From an uncultured delta proteobacterium (GTDB lineage Bacteria > Myxococcota_A > Polyangia > Palsa-1104): a stretch of 64,000 nt of DNA. The translations under genes were made by a program, and so were the position numbers. This document shows, piece after piece, positions 33,925-44,677 of the stretch. The first letter of the stretch is position 1, and each line of letters begins with the position of its first letter. The stretch covers positions 1 to 64,000 of the forward strand of contig CAWAWS010000036.1 in the NCBI GenBank assembly GCA_963785725.1. The letters run 5' to 3'. Under the pieces are notes generated by a model, which was given only the letters and a program-made list of their open reading frames with translations, was not told the DNA's origin and ran no database searches.

Positions 33925-34763
33925 GCCGCGCCGCCGCGCTGATCGCCTGCGCGACGCTCGCGCTCGGCTGCACCAACGACCGGACGCAGGTGCGCATCGC
34001 CATCTTCACCGAAGGCGTGCGCGTGCCCGACGACGTGGCGCGCATCCACTTGACCGTCGCCGACCGCGAGCCCGGCGCCACCGACGCCGGCGCCGTCGAC
34101 GACACCGTCTACAATCAAGAAGTCGCTCTGTGCACCAGCACGCCGACGCCCGGCTGCTACGACTTGCCGCTCAGCGCCGTCCTCTTTCCCGGCCCGAAGC
34201 GCGCCGGCGACACCGTCAAGGTCGAGGTCATCGCCATCGGCCCGCAAGGCTTGCCGGTCACGTCCGACGCGGCGCTGTTCGTGTTCTCGCCGCACCAAAG
34301 CTTCCAGCTCGACTTCGTGCTCTACGCCAACTGCCTCGGCGTCACCGATTGCGCCGATCGCGATCAAACGTGCGGCCCGGACGCGCAGTGCCAATCGCTC
34401 GTGCCCGTCAAAGGCGGCTCGACGCCCGATTTGTCCGGCGGCGCCGGCAGCGGCGACGACTTGAGCATGGGCAGCGGCGGCGGCGGTGGCAGCGCGGGCG
34501 GCGGCGGCGGCGGCGGCGGTGGCAGCGGCGGCGGCGGCGGCACGGCCGGCGGCGGCGGCACCACCGGCGAAGACATGAGCAAGATCAAGCCGCCCGACGA
34601 TCTCGGCATGGTCATACCGCCGAAGGATCTCGCCATGTGCGGTCAGCTGGCCGAGGCCTGCTGCGCCGGCAACTTGTGTGAGGTCGGCGCGTGCCTGAGC
34701 GGCGTCTGCTCGCCCATCGCCATGCTCGGCGACATGTCGGCGACGAAGCCGCCGACGCCCTAG
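33921..34763 (+). CDS. Cys-rich lipoprotein with Gly-rich linker
   Basis: ATGA overlap with the TPR gene; lipobox LALGC; Cys clusters at both ends. Confidence 0.8.
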   Translation: MSRAAALIACATLALGCTNDRTQVRIAIFTEGVRVPDDVARIHLTVADREPGATDAGAVDDTVYNQEVALCTSTPTPGCYDLPLSAVLFPGPKRAGDTVKVEVIAIGPQGLPVTSDAALFVFSPHQSFQLDFVLYANCLGVTDCADRDQTCGPDAQCQSLVPVKGGSTPDLSGGAGSGDDLSMGSGGGGGSAGGGGGGGGGSGGGGGTAGGGGTTGEDMSKIKPPDDLGMVIPPKDLAMCGQLAEACCAGNLCEVGACLSGVCSPIAMLGDMSATKPPTP

Positions 34764-34835
34764 TACCTCACCACGGTGTTCTCGACCGGTGCGCGCCGGT
34801 CTTCGACGTCCATGGCTTCGTTGCGAGTTACTCGC

Positions 34836-36158
34836 TCAGAGGCGAACGCCGGCGACCGTGACCTCTTCGCGGTCGTGATAGAGCTGGCGGATCCGCAGGT
34901 TCTTCCAGCCGCCGTCGTCGAGGATCTCGCGCACGCGCAAGAGCATCTCCGCCTTCTTCTTCATCGGCAGCTTGATGTTGGCGATGAGTAGGCGCGCCCA
35001 GCCGCGCCGCGCCCACTTCGCCAACAGCGCCGCCGACTCCAGCGGACGCCACGCCATGTCCGAGAACAGCCAATCGACCGGCTCGCGCGGCTCGAACGTG
35101 AACGCGTCGGCGCGAATGTGGGTCACGCCCTTTTTCGACTGCAGCGAACGCGCGAGGAACGCCGGATCGACGGCCGTGACGCGCGCGCGCCGCTCGAGCA
35201 GCACCCACGTCCAGCCGCCCGGCGCCGCGCCCAGGTCGACACAGCTGTCGCCGGGATCGGGCGCGCGATCGAGCCACGCGAAGGCCTCGAGCAGCTTCAT
35301 GGCCGCGCGCGAGGGCGCCGCGTCGGGCACGTGCACGCGCAAGCGGCCGCCCGGCGCCAGCGACAGCGCGTCGCGGACGGGCATGACGCCGACGGCGACG
35401 AGATCGCCCGGCGGCAGGAGGCAGATTTGCGCGTATAAGCCGTTTTCCTGCCACGCGGCGCGCGCGTCGTGCGTGCGCATGTCGCCCCAGACGCCGCCGA
35501 CGCGCGTCTTCTCCGCGAGATCGCCCGAGCGGCCCGACAAGAGGTTGCCCTCGTCGCTGTCGGGCACCCACGAGTCCATCGCCCACGGCTGCGGCTTGCC
35601 GCCGTGCTGCGACAAGAGCGACGGCAAGAGCGACGACACCTGCGACGGCGGGACGACGGCGCCGACGACGAAGCCTTGGCGCGCGAAGGCCAACTCGCCG
35701 TTCTTGTGCTTGGCCGCGATGAGCGACGGCGCCACCAGCCGCGGAAAGCTCTTGTCGTCGCTGTAGGCGAGCTCCTCGATGAGATCGCGCTCGGCGCCCG
35801 GTCGCGTCGTCAGCAGCCACTCGCCGACGCGCGGCGGACCGCTCGGCGCCGGCACTTTGACCTCCGGCAGCACCGGCCGTTCGCGCTTGGCCGCCGCCGC
35901 CTTCGGGCTGCGATGGCTCGACGCCACCGGCCGCTTGCCGAATTCGGCCACGCGTCCCGACGCCGAACGTCCCGGCCGCCCCGGCCGTCCTGACGGGCCG
36001 GCTTTGGCGAACGACGCACGCCCTGGCTTACCCGTGCTCGCCCGGCCCGCAGGCGCGCGACCTTTGCCGCCCGCCGTCGCCGACGGGCCTCTCGACGTCG
36101 ATTGACCGCCATGTCGCGCAGCCCCTCGTCGTCCCTTTCGCTCACCGCTTCTTGCCAT
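34836..36158 (-). CDS. rlmM: 23S rRNA C2498 2'-O-methyltransferase with disordered basic N-terminus
   Basis: LAFARQ, APSRAAMKLLEA, VDLGAAPGGWT, DWLFSDM, NIKLPMKK, QLYHDREEVT. Confidence 0.92.
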   Translation of the reverse strand: MARSGERKGRRGAARHGGQSTSRGPSATAGGKGRAPAGRASTGKPGRASFAKAGPSGRPGRPGRSASGRVAEFGKRPVASSHRSPKAAAAKRERPVLPEVKVPAPSGPPRVGEWLLTTRPGAERDLIEELAYSDDKSFPRLVAPSLIAAKHKNGELAFARQGFVVGAVVPPSQVSSLLPSLLSQHGGKPQPWAMDSWVPDSDEGNLLSGRSGDLAEKTRVGGVWGDMRTHDARAAWQENGLYAQICLLPPGDLVAVGVMPVRDALSLAPGGRLRVHVPDAAPSRAAMKLLEAFAWLDRAPDPGDSCVDLGAAPGGWTWVLLERRARVTAVDPAFLARSLQSKKGVTHIRADAFTFEPREPVDWLFSDMAWRPLESAALLAKWARRGWARLLIANIKLPMKKKAEMLLRVREILDDGGWKNLRIRQLYHDREEVTVAGVRL

Positions 36159-36187
36159 CGAGCGCGCGAGCGTACCAGAATTGCGTC

Positions 36188-37042
36188 GTGCCCATCGCGC
36201 TCACTGCCCTGCCTCGCCTCGGCGTCGGCATTTCCGCCGAGCCCGGCTCGGCCGCGCCGGGCCGCGGCATCGACCCGCTCGTCCTCGACGCCGACCATCC
36301 CAACCTCGTGCACTTCGTCGAATATGGCAGCGACGTCGCGCGCGGCCTCGACGACCACGTGCGCGCGTGGGCCAAAGCCGGTCACGCCACGACCTATCAC
36401 TTTCTCGACCTCAACCTCGAAGATCCGGCCGATGCCGACGATGCGTGGCTGGCCGCGACCGCCGCCGCCGCGCGCGACATCGGCGCCGCCTGGCTGTGCG
36501 GCGACGCCGGCTTGTGGCACTTCGGCGCCCGCGAGCGCGGCCACGAGCTGCTCTTGCCGCCGATCCTGACGCGCGACTCGGCCGCCGCCTGCGCCGAGAC
36601 GATCGCGCGCGTCGAGGCCGCCACGCACATGCGCGTTCTGCCCGAGAATCCGCCGGGCACGTTCTTCCTCGGCGATCTGCACATCCTCGACTACTTCGCC
36701 GAAGTGTCGGTGCGTTCGCAGTGCGGGCTCCTCCTCGATTGCGCGCATCTGGCGATGTTTCAGCGGCTGCGCGGCTTGCCGCCGACGGCCGGGCTCGACG
36801 GCTTCCCGCTCGATCGCGTCATCGAGCTGCACGTCGCCGGCGGCACGCTCATCGACGTCGAGGGCCTTACGCTCGTCGACGACGCGCACAATCCCGAGCC
36901 GCTCGCCGACACCTGGCAGATCTTGGAAGCGGTGTTGCCGCGCGCGCCGAACGTCAAGGCGATCGTCTACGAATGCGAGAAGAACTCGCCCGACGACGTG
37001 CTGGAGAACTTTCGCCGCCTCAATCGGCTGTTCCCGGCATGA
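36188..37042 (+). CDS. DUF692-family multinuclear non-heme iron oxidative enzyme (MNIO), divergent
   Basis: LGVG start, HFLDLNL, LPP, ENPP, GLLLDCAHL, ELHVAGG, DDAH, YECE; GTG start inferred. Confidence 0.85.
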   Translation: MPIALTALPRLGVGISAEPGSAAPGRGIDPLVLDADHPNLVHFVEYGSDVARGLDDHVRAWAKAGHATTYHFLDLNLEDPADADDAWLAATAAAARDIGAAWLCGDAGLWHFGARERGHELLLPPILTRDSAAACAETIARVEAATHMRVLPENPPGTFFLGDLHILDYFAEVSVRSQCGLLLDCAHLAMFQRLRGLPPTAGLDGFPLDRVIELHVAGGTLIDVEGLTLVDDAHNPEPLADTWQILEAVLPRAPNVKAIVYECEKNSPDDVLENFRRLNRLFPA

Positions 37043-37800
37043 GCCACGCCAGCGAGACCCTGCGCGCGCAAGCGGCGACGGTGCGCATGCTGCACGATCC
37101 GGAGTTCGCGGCCGCGGTGCGCCGCGCGCCCGACATCGCGCTGCCCGAGCTGTCGCCGGCGCTGCGGGCGCAATTGGCGGCGGTCGATCCGCGCGCGCTG
37201 CAGCTCGATCGGCTGCGCGGTCGGCGCCTCCTGCGCACGCTGTTCGACGAGTTCAAGGCGGCGACGACGCTGCTCTTGGCGCGCCATAAGCAATTGGCGT
37301 TCTTGGACCGCTTTTTCGCGCATGCGGCCTTCGTCGACGCCATTGACGGTCGCCGCCCGCTTTACGACGCCTACTTCGCGTTTCTCGTCGACGCCGAGGT
37401 GCCGCGCGCGGTCGCGGCCATCGAGCACGCGCTCGCCGCCGCGCGCCGCTCGATGTCGGCGACGCCAAGCGCGCCGGCCGGCTACCTCGCGCGCGCCGCC
37501 GGCGTGCAGCCGATCGCGACCACCGCCGGCGCGCTGGCGACGCTGCAAGCGGCCGAGCGCTACCTGTTCGAAGTGGGCCTCATGCCGGCCGTGGCGCTGT
37601 GCGACGACGCGCCGCCGCTCTCGCTCGACGACGCCACGCGCGATGCGACGCCGCTCTATCTCGTGACCATCCCCAACGAGACCGGCCATTCGCTGGTGAC
37701 GATCGAGGAGCCGCTGCATGCGCTGTTGACGTCGCTGCCGCGGCCGTTTTCGCCGGTGCTGCAGCCGCTCGTCGACGACGAGCTGGCCGTGCGGCGGTAA
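37039..37800 (+). CDS. probable MNIO partner / substrate-recognition protein
   Basis: ATGA overlap with the DUF692 gene; helical N-terminus VRMLHDPEFAAAVRRAP; size and position typical of MNIO partner genes. Confidence 0.65.
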   Translation: MSHASETLRAQAATVRMLHDPEFAAAVRRAPDIALPELSPALRAQLAAVDPRALQLDRLRGRRLLRTLFDEFKAATTLLLARHKQLAFLDRFFAHAAFVDAIDGRRPLYDAYFAFLVDAEVPRAVAAIEHALAAARRSMSATPSAPAGYLARAAGVQPIATTAGALATLQAAERYLFEVGLMPAVALCDDAPPLSLDDATRDATPLYLVTIPNETGHSLVTIEEPLHALLTSLPRPFSPVLQPLVDDELAVRR

Positions 37801-37806
37801 GCCGAC

Positions 37807-38595
37807 ATGACGACGCGCATCCAACGCATTCGCGGCGCCGCCCGCAGCGCGGTCGACGACAGCGTCGCCGTCGAAGCGCCGCTGGAAATCCGCATCAACG
37901 GCAAGGCGCTCACCGTCGTCATGCGCACGCCCGGCCACGACGAGGAGCTGGCGCGCGGCTTCCTCTACAACGAAGGGCTCATCGACGGCGCCGGCGACAT
38001 CGTCGGCATCGCGCGCCCCGAGCGGCTCAACGGCGACGAGCTCGGCAACGTCGTCGACGTCACCTTGCGCGGCGGGATGCGGACGCCGTCGGGCGAGCGC
38101 GCGTTCTACGCGTCGTCGTCATGCGGCGTGTGCGGCAAGAACGCCATCTCGGCGCTGACGGTGCGCGCGCCGGTGACGTCACCGACCTTGACCGTGGCCG
38201 CGGCGACGCTGGCGCTCTTGCCCGATCGGTTGCGCGCGGCGCAGCCGACCTTCGCAGCGACAGGCGGCGTGCATGCGTCCGGCCTCTTCGCCGCCGACGG
38301 CACGCTCGAACAAGTGCGCGAAGACGTCGGCCGCCACAACGCGCTCGACAAGCTGTGCGGCTGGGCGCTGGCGAACGATCGCCTGCCGCTGCAAGATCGA
38401 CTGCTGCTCGTCTCCGGTCGCGTCAGCTACGAGCTGGTGCAAAAGGCCATCGCCTGCGGGCTGCCGCTGCTCGCGGCCGTCGGCGCGCCGTCGACGCTGG
38501 CGATCGACCTGGCCGAGCAGTTCGGCGTGACGCTCGTCGGCTTTCTGCGCGGCGAAAACATGAACGTCTACAGCCACGAAGATCGCGTCACCTGA
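37807..38595 (+). CDS. fdhD: formate dehydrogenase accessory sulfurtransferase
   Basis: VEAPLEI, MRTPGHDEELARGFL, SSSCGVCGK, TGGVHA, EDVGRHNALDK, SGRVSYELVQK. Confidence 0.96.
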   Translation: MTTRIQRIRGAARSAVDDSVAVEAPLEIRINGKALTVVMRTPGHDEELARGFLYNEGLIDGAGDIVGIARPERLNGDELGNVVDVTLRGGMRTPSGERAFYASSSCGVCGKNAISALTVRAPVTSPTLTVAAATLALLPDRLRAAQPTFAATGGVHASGLFAADGTLEQVREDVGRHNALDKLCGWALANDRLPLQDRLLLVSGRVSYELVQKAIACGLPLLAAVGAPSTLAIDLAEQFGVTLVGFLRGENMNVYSHEDRVT

Positions 38596-38652
38596 ATCAG
38601 CGAGCGGCCGGACTCCCGGCCGACGCGCGCTTTGCAAGCTCGATCCAGAATC
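38593..38652 (+). repeat. copy B of a ~60-bp dispersed repeat
   Basis: Matches the reverse complement of 10802-10860; starts at the fdhD TGA. Confidence 0.65.
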
Positions 38653-38725
38653 GCGATCGGCCATTCAGCCGACGACCGTCGCGGGTCGGTTGCACCTTGG
38701 CCGACAAAGGCATAAACCCGAGGCT

Positions 38726-39328
38726 ATGAAACTCTATTACTCGCAAGGGTCCTGTTCCATGGCGGCTCACATCGCGCTCGAAGAGGTCGGCGCCAAGTTC
38801 GAGGCCGTTCGGCTCGATTTGCGCCAGGGCGAGCAGAACAAGCCCGAGTTCTTGGCCATCAATCCCAAGCACAAAGTGCCGACGCTCGTGCTCGACGACG
38901 GCAAGGTGCTGACCGAGAACCCGGCCATCATCTGTTACGCGGCTGACACGCATCCGCAGGCGAAGCTGCTGGCTCCCGTCGGTGACTTCGCGCGCGCCAA
39001 GGCGCAGGAGTGGCTGGCGTGGTCGGCGTCGGCGGTGCACGTCTCGTTCGGCCCGCTGTTCGGCGCGATGAGCAAGGGCGGCGCCGACGAGGCCACGCGC
39101 GCGGTCACGCAGACGAACATCGACCGCTATGACCAGTGGCTGCACGGCACCTTCGTGCTCGGCGATCAGTTCAGCGTCGCCGACTCGTACACGATCGTCT
39201 TCTACAACTGGTCGCGCCTGTTCAAGCTCAACATCGGCGAGAACATGAAGAAGTCGGTGCGCGCGCTCATCGAGCGGCCGGGCGTGCAGCGCATGCTGCA
39301 TACGCAGAACGTCAAAGTCGAAGTGTAA
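38726..39328 (+). CDS. glutathione S-transferase (beta-class-like)
   Basis: MKLYYSQGSCSMAAHIALEE, INPKHKVPTL, LTENPAI, FSVADSY. Confidence 0.93.
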   Translation: MKLYYSQGSCSMAAHIALEEVGAKFEAVRLDLRQGEQNKPEFLAINPKHKVPTLVLDDGKVLTENPAIICYAADTHPQAKLLAPVGDFARAKAQEWLAWSASAVHVSFGPLFGAMSKGGADEATRAVTQTNIDRYDQWLHGTFVLGDQFSVADSYTIVFYNWSRLFKLNIGENMKKSVRALIERPGVQRMLHTQNVKVEV

Positions 39329-39374
39329 GCCCGCGAGCGACCGCTGCGACAGTCGCTCGTCACGCACACCGCAA

Positions 39375-40424
39375 TCAGCCGAATCGGGCCAGGTCGCGGC
39401 GGGCGTTGAAGACGACGAGCGCTGTCGGCAGCGGCCGGGCGGCGTCGCGCGCGCACACGCCGTCGGCCAAGTAGCCGCCGAGCGCGGCCACGCGCACGCC
39501 GTCGATGACGCCGCCCGCCGCCGCCAGCGCGTCGGCGACGGTGGCATCGAGCGGCAGCTCGTAGACGCCGGGCCTGAGCACATCGCCCGAGACCGCGCAC
39601 AGCGAGGGGGCGTGTAAGCTCCACCAGTGATAGGCGAGCGCGAAGCCGTCTTCGCCGGGCAGCGGTTGCGTCGCCACGGCCGCCACGCGCACGAGCGCCG
39701 CCGCGCGCGCGGCCGGCAAGATCCAGGCGGCGTCGTCGTCGCTGTCGTCCGCCGCCGCGGCGTCGTCCGCGTCCGGCGCGTCGACGTCGCCGACCACCGC
39801 GACCGCGACGTCGACGCCGGCGAGCAGCCCGGCCGCGCGCGCCGCGGCGATGGCGGCCGCCAACGCGCGCTCGGCCTCGGGCCAGCCGGCGCGCACGCGC
39901 ACGATCGCCCGCGGCGCGCCCACCGCCAGCGCCGCCAAGCAGGCCCCTTCGACGACGACGTGGGGATCGCGTTCACACAGCGGGCGCGTCGCGAACTCGC
40001 CCGCCGACGTCGTGAGCGCGTCCACCAGCACCAGCGACGACGGCCGCGGCTGCGCCAACAGCGACGCCAGCGCCGTCGCGCCGCGCAGGTGCTCGTCCTC
40101 GACGATGTGCGGCTCGCCCGCCGCCACCGCCGCCAGCGCGCGATAGGCGCCGCGCCGTCGCGCCGCCGGCAGCGCATGCTGGTCGACGAAATAGATGTCG
40201 CGCAAGAGCGCCGGCTCCCACGGACCGCGCTGCCGCTCGTACGCCGGCGTCACCGCCGCCTCGAGGTGGCCGCGCCGCGCGATCACCAGCGGACGCGCCT
40301 GTGACCAGGCCGCCACCGGCATGTCACAACGGCCGAGACAGCCGACGCGCGCGCCGTCCACGTCGTCGAGCCCGAGATCCTGCGCGCGCAGCCGGCAAGA
40401 CGGTCCGTCGCAGACGCGCAGCAT
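39375..40424 (-). CDS. degenerate NuoE/NuoF-like fusion (2Fe-2S thioredoxin-like + FMN-domain remnant + SLBB)
   Basis: CDGPSC and CLGRC, ERDPHVVVEG, VSGDVLRPGVYEL. Confidence 0.7.
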   Translation of the reverse strand: MLRVCDGPSCRLRAQDLGLDDVDGARVGCLGRCDMPVAAWSQARPLVIARRGHLEAAVTPAYERQRGPWEPALLRDIYFVDQHALPAARRRGAYRALAAVAAGEPHIVEDEHLRGATALASLLAQPRPSSLVLVDALTTSAGEFATRPLCERDPHVVVEGACLAALAVGAPRAIVRVRAGWPEAERALAAAIAAARAAGLLAGVDVAVAVVGDVDAPDADDAAAADDSDDDAAWILPAARAAALVRVAAVATQPLPGEDGFALAYHWWSLHAPSLCAVSGDVLRPGVYELPLDATVADALAAAGGVIDGVRVAALGGYLADGVCARDAARPLPTALVVFNARRDLARFG

Positions 40425-40467
40425 CTCTTCATTGTACAGCGTGCCCGACGGCGTTATACAGTCGAGC

Positions 40468-41319
40468 GTGAACGTCGCCGAGAGCACCCGCACCCGTCAT
40501 CTCGTCGGCCGCCTCGATCGTGGCGCCGATATCCTCATTCAACTCGTGGAAGTCTGTCGTGCTTGGCGCGTGCACGCCGGCGTGGTGCGCGCCGTCGGCT
40601 CGCTCGAGGACGCGGTGGTCGGCGCGTGGGATCAGCACGCGCGCGCGCCGTCGACGCCGCGGCGCTTCGCCGCGCCCGTCGAGCTGCTCTCTCTCGACGC
40701 CACGATCAGCGAAGCCAACGGCGCGCCGGCGCTGCACGCCTTCGCCACGCTCAGCCGCAACGGCGACAACGGCATCGAGCTGCTCGGCGGCCGGCTCGTC
40801 TCCGGCAAGGTCTTCGCCTGCGAGTTCGTCATCGACGCCTTCGACGACCTGACCGTGCCGGCGACGCTCGACGCCAACACCGGCCTGCAGCTGTGGCAGC
40901 CGCGCGAGACCGTGGCGTCGGAGGCGCCGTCGCCGTCGTTCGAAGCGCCGGCCAAGACGTCGTGGTCCGATGTCGTCGCCGCGTCGGAGGACAAAGAGCA
41001 GCCGGCCGCGCCGCCGCAGTGGTCGTCGGCGTCCTCGGTGTCGACCGGCCGCTCGTCGGCGCGCGACAACGACGAGAACGACGCGCCGCTGCCCAATCCG
41101 CCGTCGAGCGACGTCGTCATTCGCCCCGGCGATCTCATCGATCACCCGAAGTTCGGCCGCATCACCGTCGAGCGCATCGATGGCGACCAAGAGTTCGTCT
41201 CGGCGCGCATGCGTAACCAGCGGCTGATTCGCCTGTCGCTCGAGGTGTTGTCGCTGCAGCCGGCCGGCCAAGCCGACGGCAAGACGCTGTTCAAGGCCGT
41301 CTTCGGAGGCGACCGATGA
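40468..41319 (+). CDS. DUF296/PPC-domain protein with C-terminal Tudor/SH3-like domain
   Basis: GRLDRGADIL, AVGSL, ELLSLDATIS, LLGGRL, CEFVI; C-terminal GDLIDHPKFGRITV. Confidence 0.75.
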   Translation: MNVAESTRTRHLVGRLDRGADILIQLVEVCRAWRVHAGVVRAVGSLEDAVVGAWDQHARAPSTPRRFAAPVELLSLDATISEANGAPALHAFATLSRNGDNGIELLGGRLVSGKVFACEFVIDAFDDLTVPATLDANTGLQLWQPRETVASEAPSPSFEAPAKTSWSDVVAASEDKEQPAAPPQWSSASSVSTGRSSARDNDENDAPLPNPPSSDVVIRPGDLIDHPKFGRITVERIDGDQEFVSARMRNQRLIRLSLEVLSLQPAGQADGKTLFKAVFGGDR

Positions 41320-41786
41320 GCCGCTCCACCGTCGCTGCGCTGGCCGAAGCGGCCGCCGCCTTGGCGGTGACGGCGTGGGTCGGCGGCATCGCCGCGCTCG
41401 GCGCCTACACGGCGCGCATCGTCTTCCGCGAGCTGCCGCGCGCCGAGGCGGCGCCAACGATGAACGACATCTTCACCAGCTTCGACAAGCTCATCGTCAT
41501 CGCCCTCGTCGTGCTGGCGGTGGCGACCGCGACGCGCGTGTGGGCGCTCGGCCTCGGCAAGCGCGCCGATCGCATCGCGCTCGCCGCCGCCGTCGCGCTC
41601 TTGCTTTTGGGCACGCTCGACGTCGCCTACGTGCATCCGGCCATCGCGCGCATGTTCGTCGAGCAGCGCACGCTCGATCCGCTGTTCACGGCGCTGCACC
41701 AAGTGTCGTCGCGCGCGGCCAACCTGGAGATCGCCGCTTCGGCGCTGCTGTTCGGCGCGCAGGCGTTCGCGCGGCGCCAATCGTGA
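41316..41786 (+). CDS. DUF4149-like membrane protein
   Basis: WVGG...ARIVFRELP, FTALHQVS; four TM segments. Confidence 0.7.
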   Translation: MSRSTVAALAEAAAALAVTAWVGGIAALGAYTARIVFRELPRAEAAPTMNDIFTSFDKLIVIALVVLAVATATRVWALGLGKRADRIALAAAVALLLLGTLDVAYVHPAIARMFVEQRTLDPLFTALHQVSSRAANLEIAASALLFGAQAFARRQS

Positions 41787-42397
41787 GCCGCCGCGGCCTG
41801 GCGGCGCAGCGAAGGGCGACCCTATTTGTAGCGTTCGCTACAGTTCTTACGACCGCGTGCCATCGCGGGCCCGCGCGTTGCCCGGCCGGGGTCGCATCCA
41901 CCGTCGAGATACGTGATGGAAACGGAGCGCTGTTGCTGGCGCAAAAAGGCGCGCAACTGTGCGACGGCCAGCTCTTCGTCGTCGGCGGCGTGACCAACGC
42001 CAGCGACGGCACGATCACGCTCGCCGACGCCGCCGGCACGCCCAAGCTGACGCTGGCGCGCGAATCGGACCACGTCGGCCAAGCGCGCTCGCTCGTGCAG
42101 GGGCCGAGCTATCGCCTGTTTCGCGACGACAAAGAGCTGCGCGTGCTCATGCCCGACGGCACGCCGCTCGGCTCGGTCGTCCCGTCGGGGCTGGGCGCGG
42201 GGACGATCTACGACCCGTCGCAGGCGCCGCTCGGCCGCGTCTCGACACGGGATCGCGACGCGGTGGTCACTGATTTGGCAGGAAGCGTCCATACGTACGT
42301 AACTCCGGCGCGCGACGCGATCGCCGCCGGAGTGTTCGCGATCCCACATTTGGAGCGATTTGAACAGTTGGCGATCTATTTGTATTGGTCGCGCTGA
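41783..42397 (+). CDS. hypothetical lipoprotein
   Basis: GTGA overlap; LTTAC lipobox-like; beta-rich body. Confidence 0.6.
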   Translation: MSRRGLAAQRRATLFVAFATVLTTACHRGPARCPAGVASTVEIRDGNGALLLAQKGAQLCDGQLFVVGGVTNASDGTITLADAAGTPKLTLARESDHVGQARSLVQGPSYRLFRDDKELRVLMPDGTPLGSVVPSGLGAGTIYDPSQAPLGRVSTRDRDAVVTDLAGSVHTYVTPARDAIAAGVFAIPHLERFEQLAIYLYWSR

Positions 42398-42426
42398 CTA
42401 CTTTCTGCTAGATCAACGCGATTCTC

Positions 42427-44283
<1,857 letters not shown>

Positions 44284-44298
44284 CTCCCAATACGCCGC

Positions 44299-44326
44299 GG
44301 CGCCGCCAGCGCGAGCTGACGGCGCC
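44299..44326. terminator. GNRA-capped hairpin between convergent genes
   Basis: GGCGCCGCCAGC-GCGA-GCTGACGGCGCC, one mismatch. Confidence 0.45.
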
Positions 44327-44353
44327 ACGCGCGCCGCACCAAACCTCCGACCG

Positions 44354-44599
44354 CTAAATCAGATCTTTGTCGGCGTCATCGTCGCCGGCGGAGCGGCTCT
44401 TGCCGACCTTTTCGGCGTCGGCGTATTTGCCGGGATCGCGCTCGATGTCGCTGGCGGCTTGCCGCGCCAGCTTCGACGGATCCTCGTTCTTCAAGAAGTC
44501 GTCGACGTCGTTGCGATAGTTACGATCGGCGCTCTTCGAGCCTTCGCCTTCGTTTTCCTCTTCGATATCGGCGGGCGCTGTCTTCTTTTTGTCGTCCAT
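44354..44599 (-). CDS. small acidic hydrophilic protein
   Basis: Strong AGGAGGAGG SD; NEGEGSKSADRNY motif; sigma-54 promoter upstream. Confidence 0.8.
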   Translation of the reverse strand: MDDKKKTAPADIEEENEGEGSKSADRNYRNDVDDFLKNEDPSKLARQAASDIERDPGKYADAEKVGKSRSAGDDDADKDLI

Positions 44600-44631
44600 T
44601 TTTCCTCCTCCTGTTCTGGCACTAGGAAGTC

Positions 44632-44647
44632 AGCAAGACACGTGCCC
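44632..44647 (-). promoter_or_regulatory. sigma-54 (-24/-12) promoter
   Basis: GGGCAC-GTGTC-TTGCT, near consensus, 32 nt upstream of ATG 44599. Confidence 0.65.
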
Positions 44648-44677
44648 GCTACATCAGGCAGCTGATACAATCGACGC

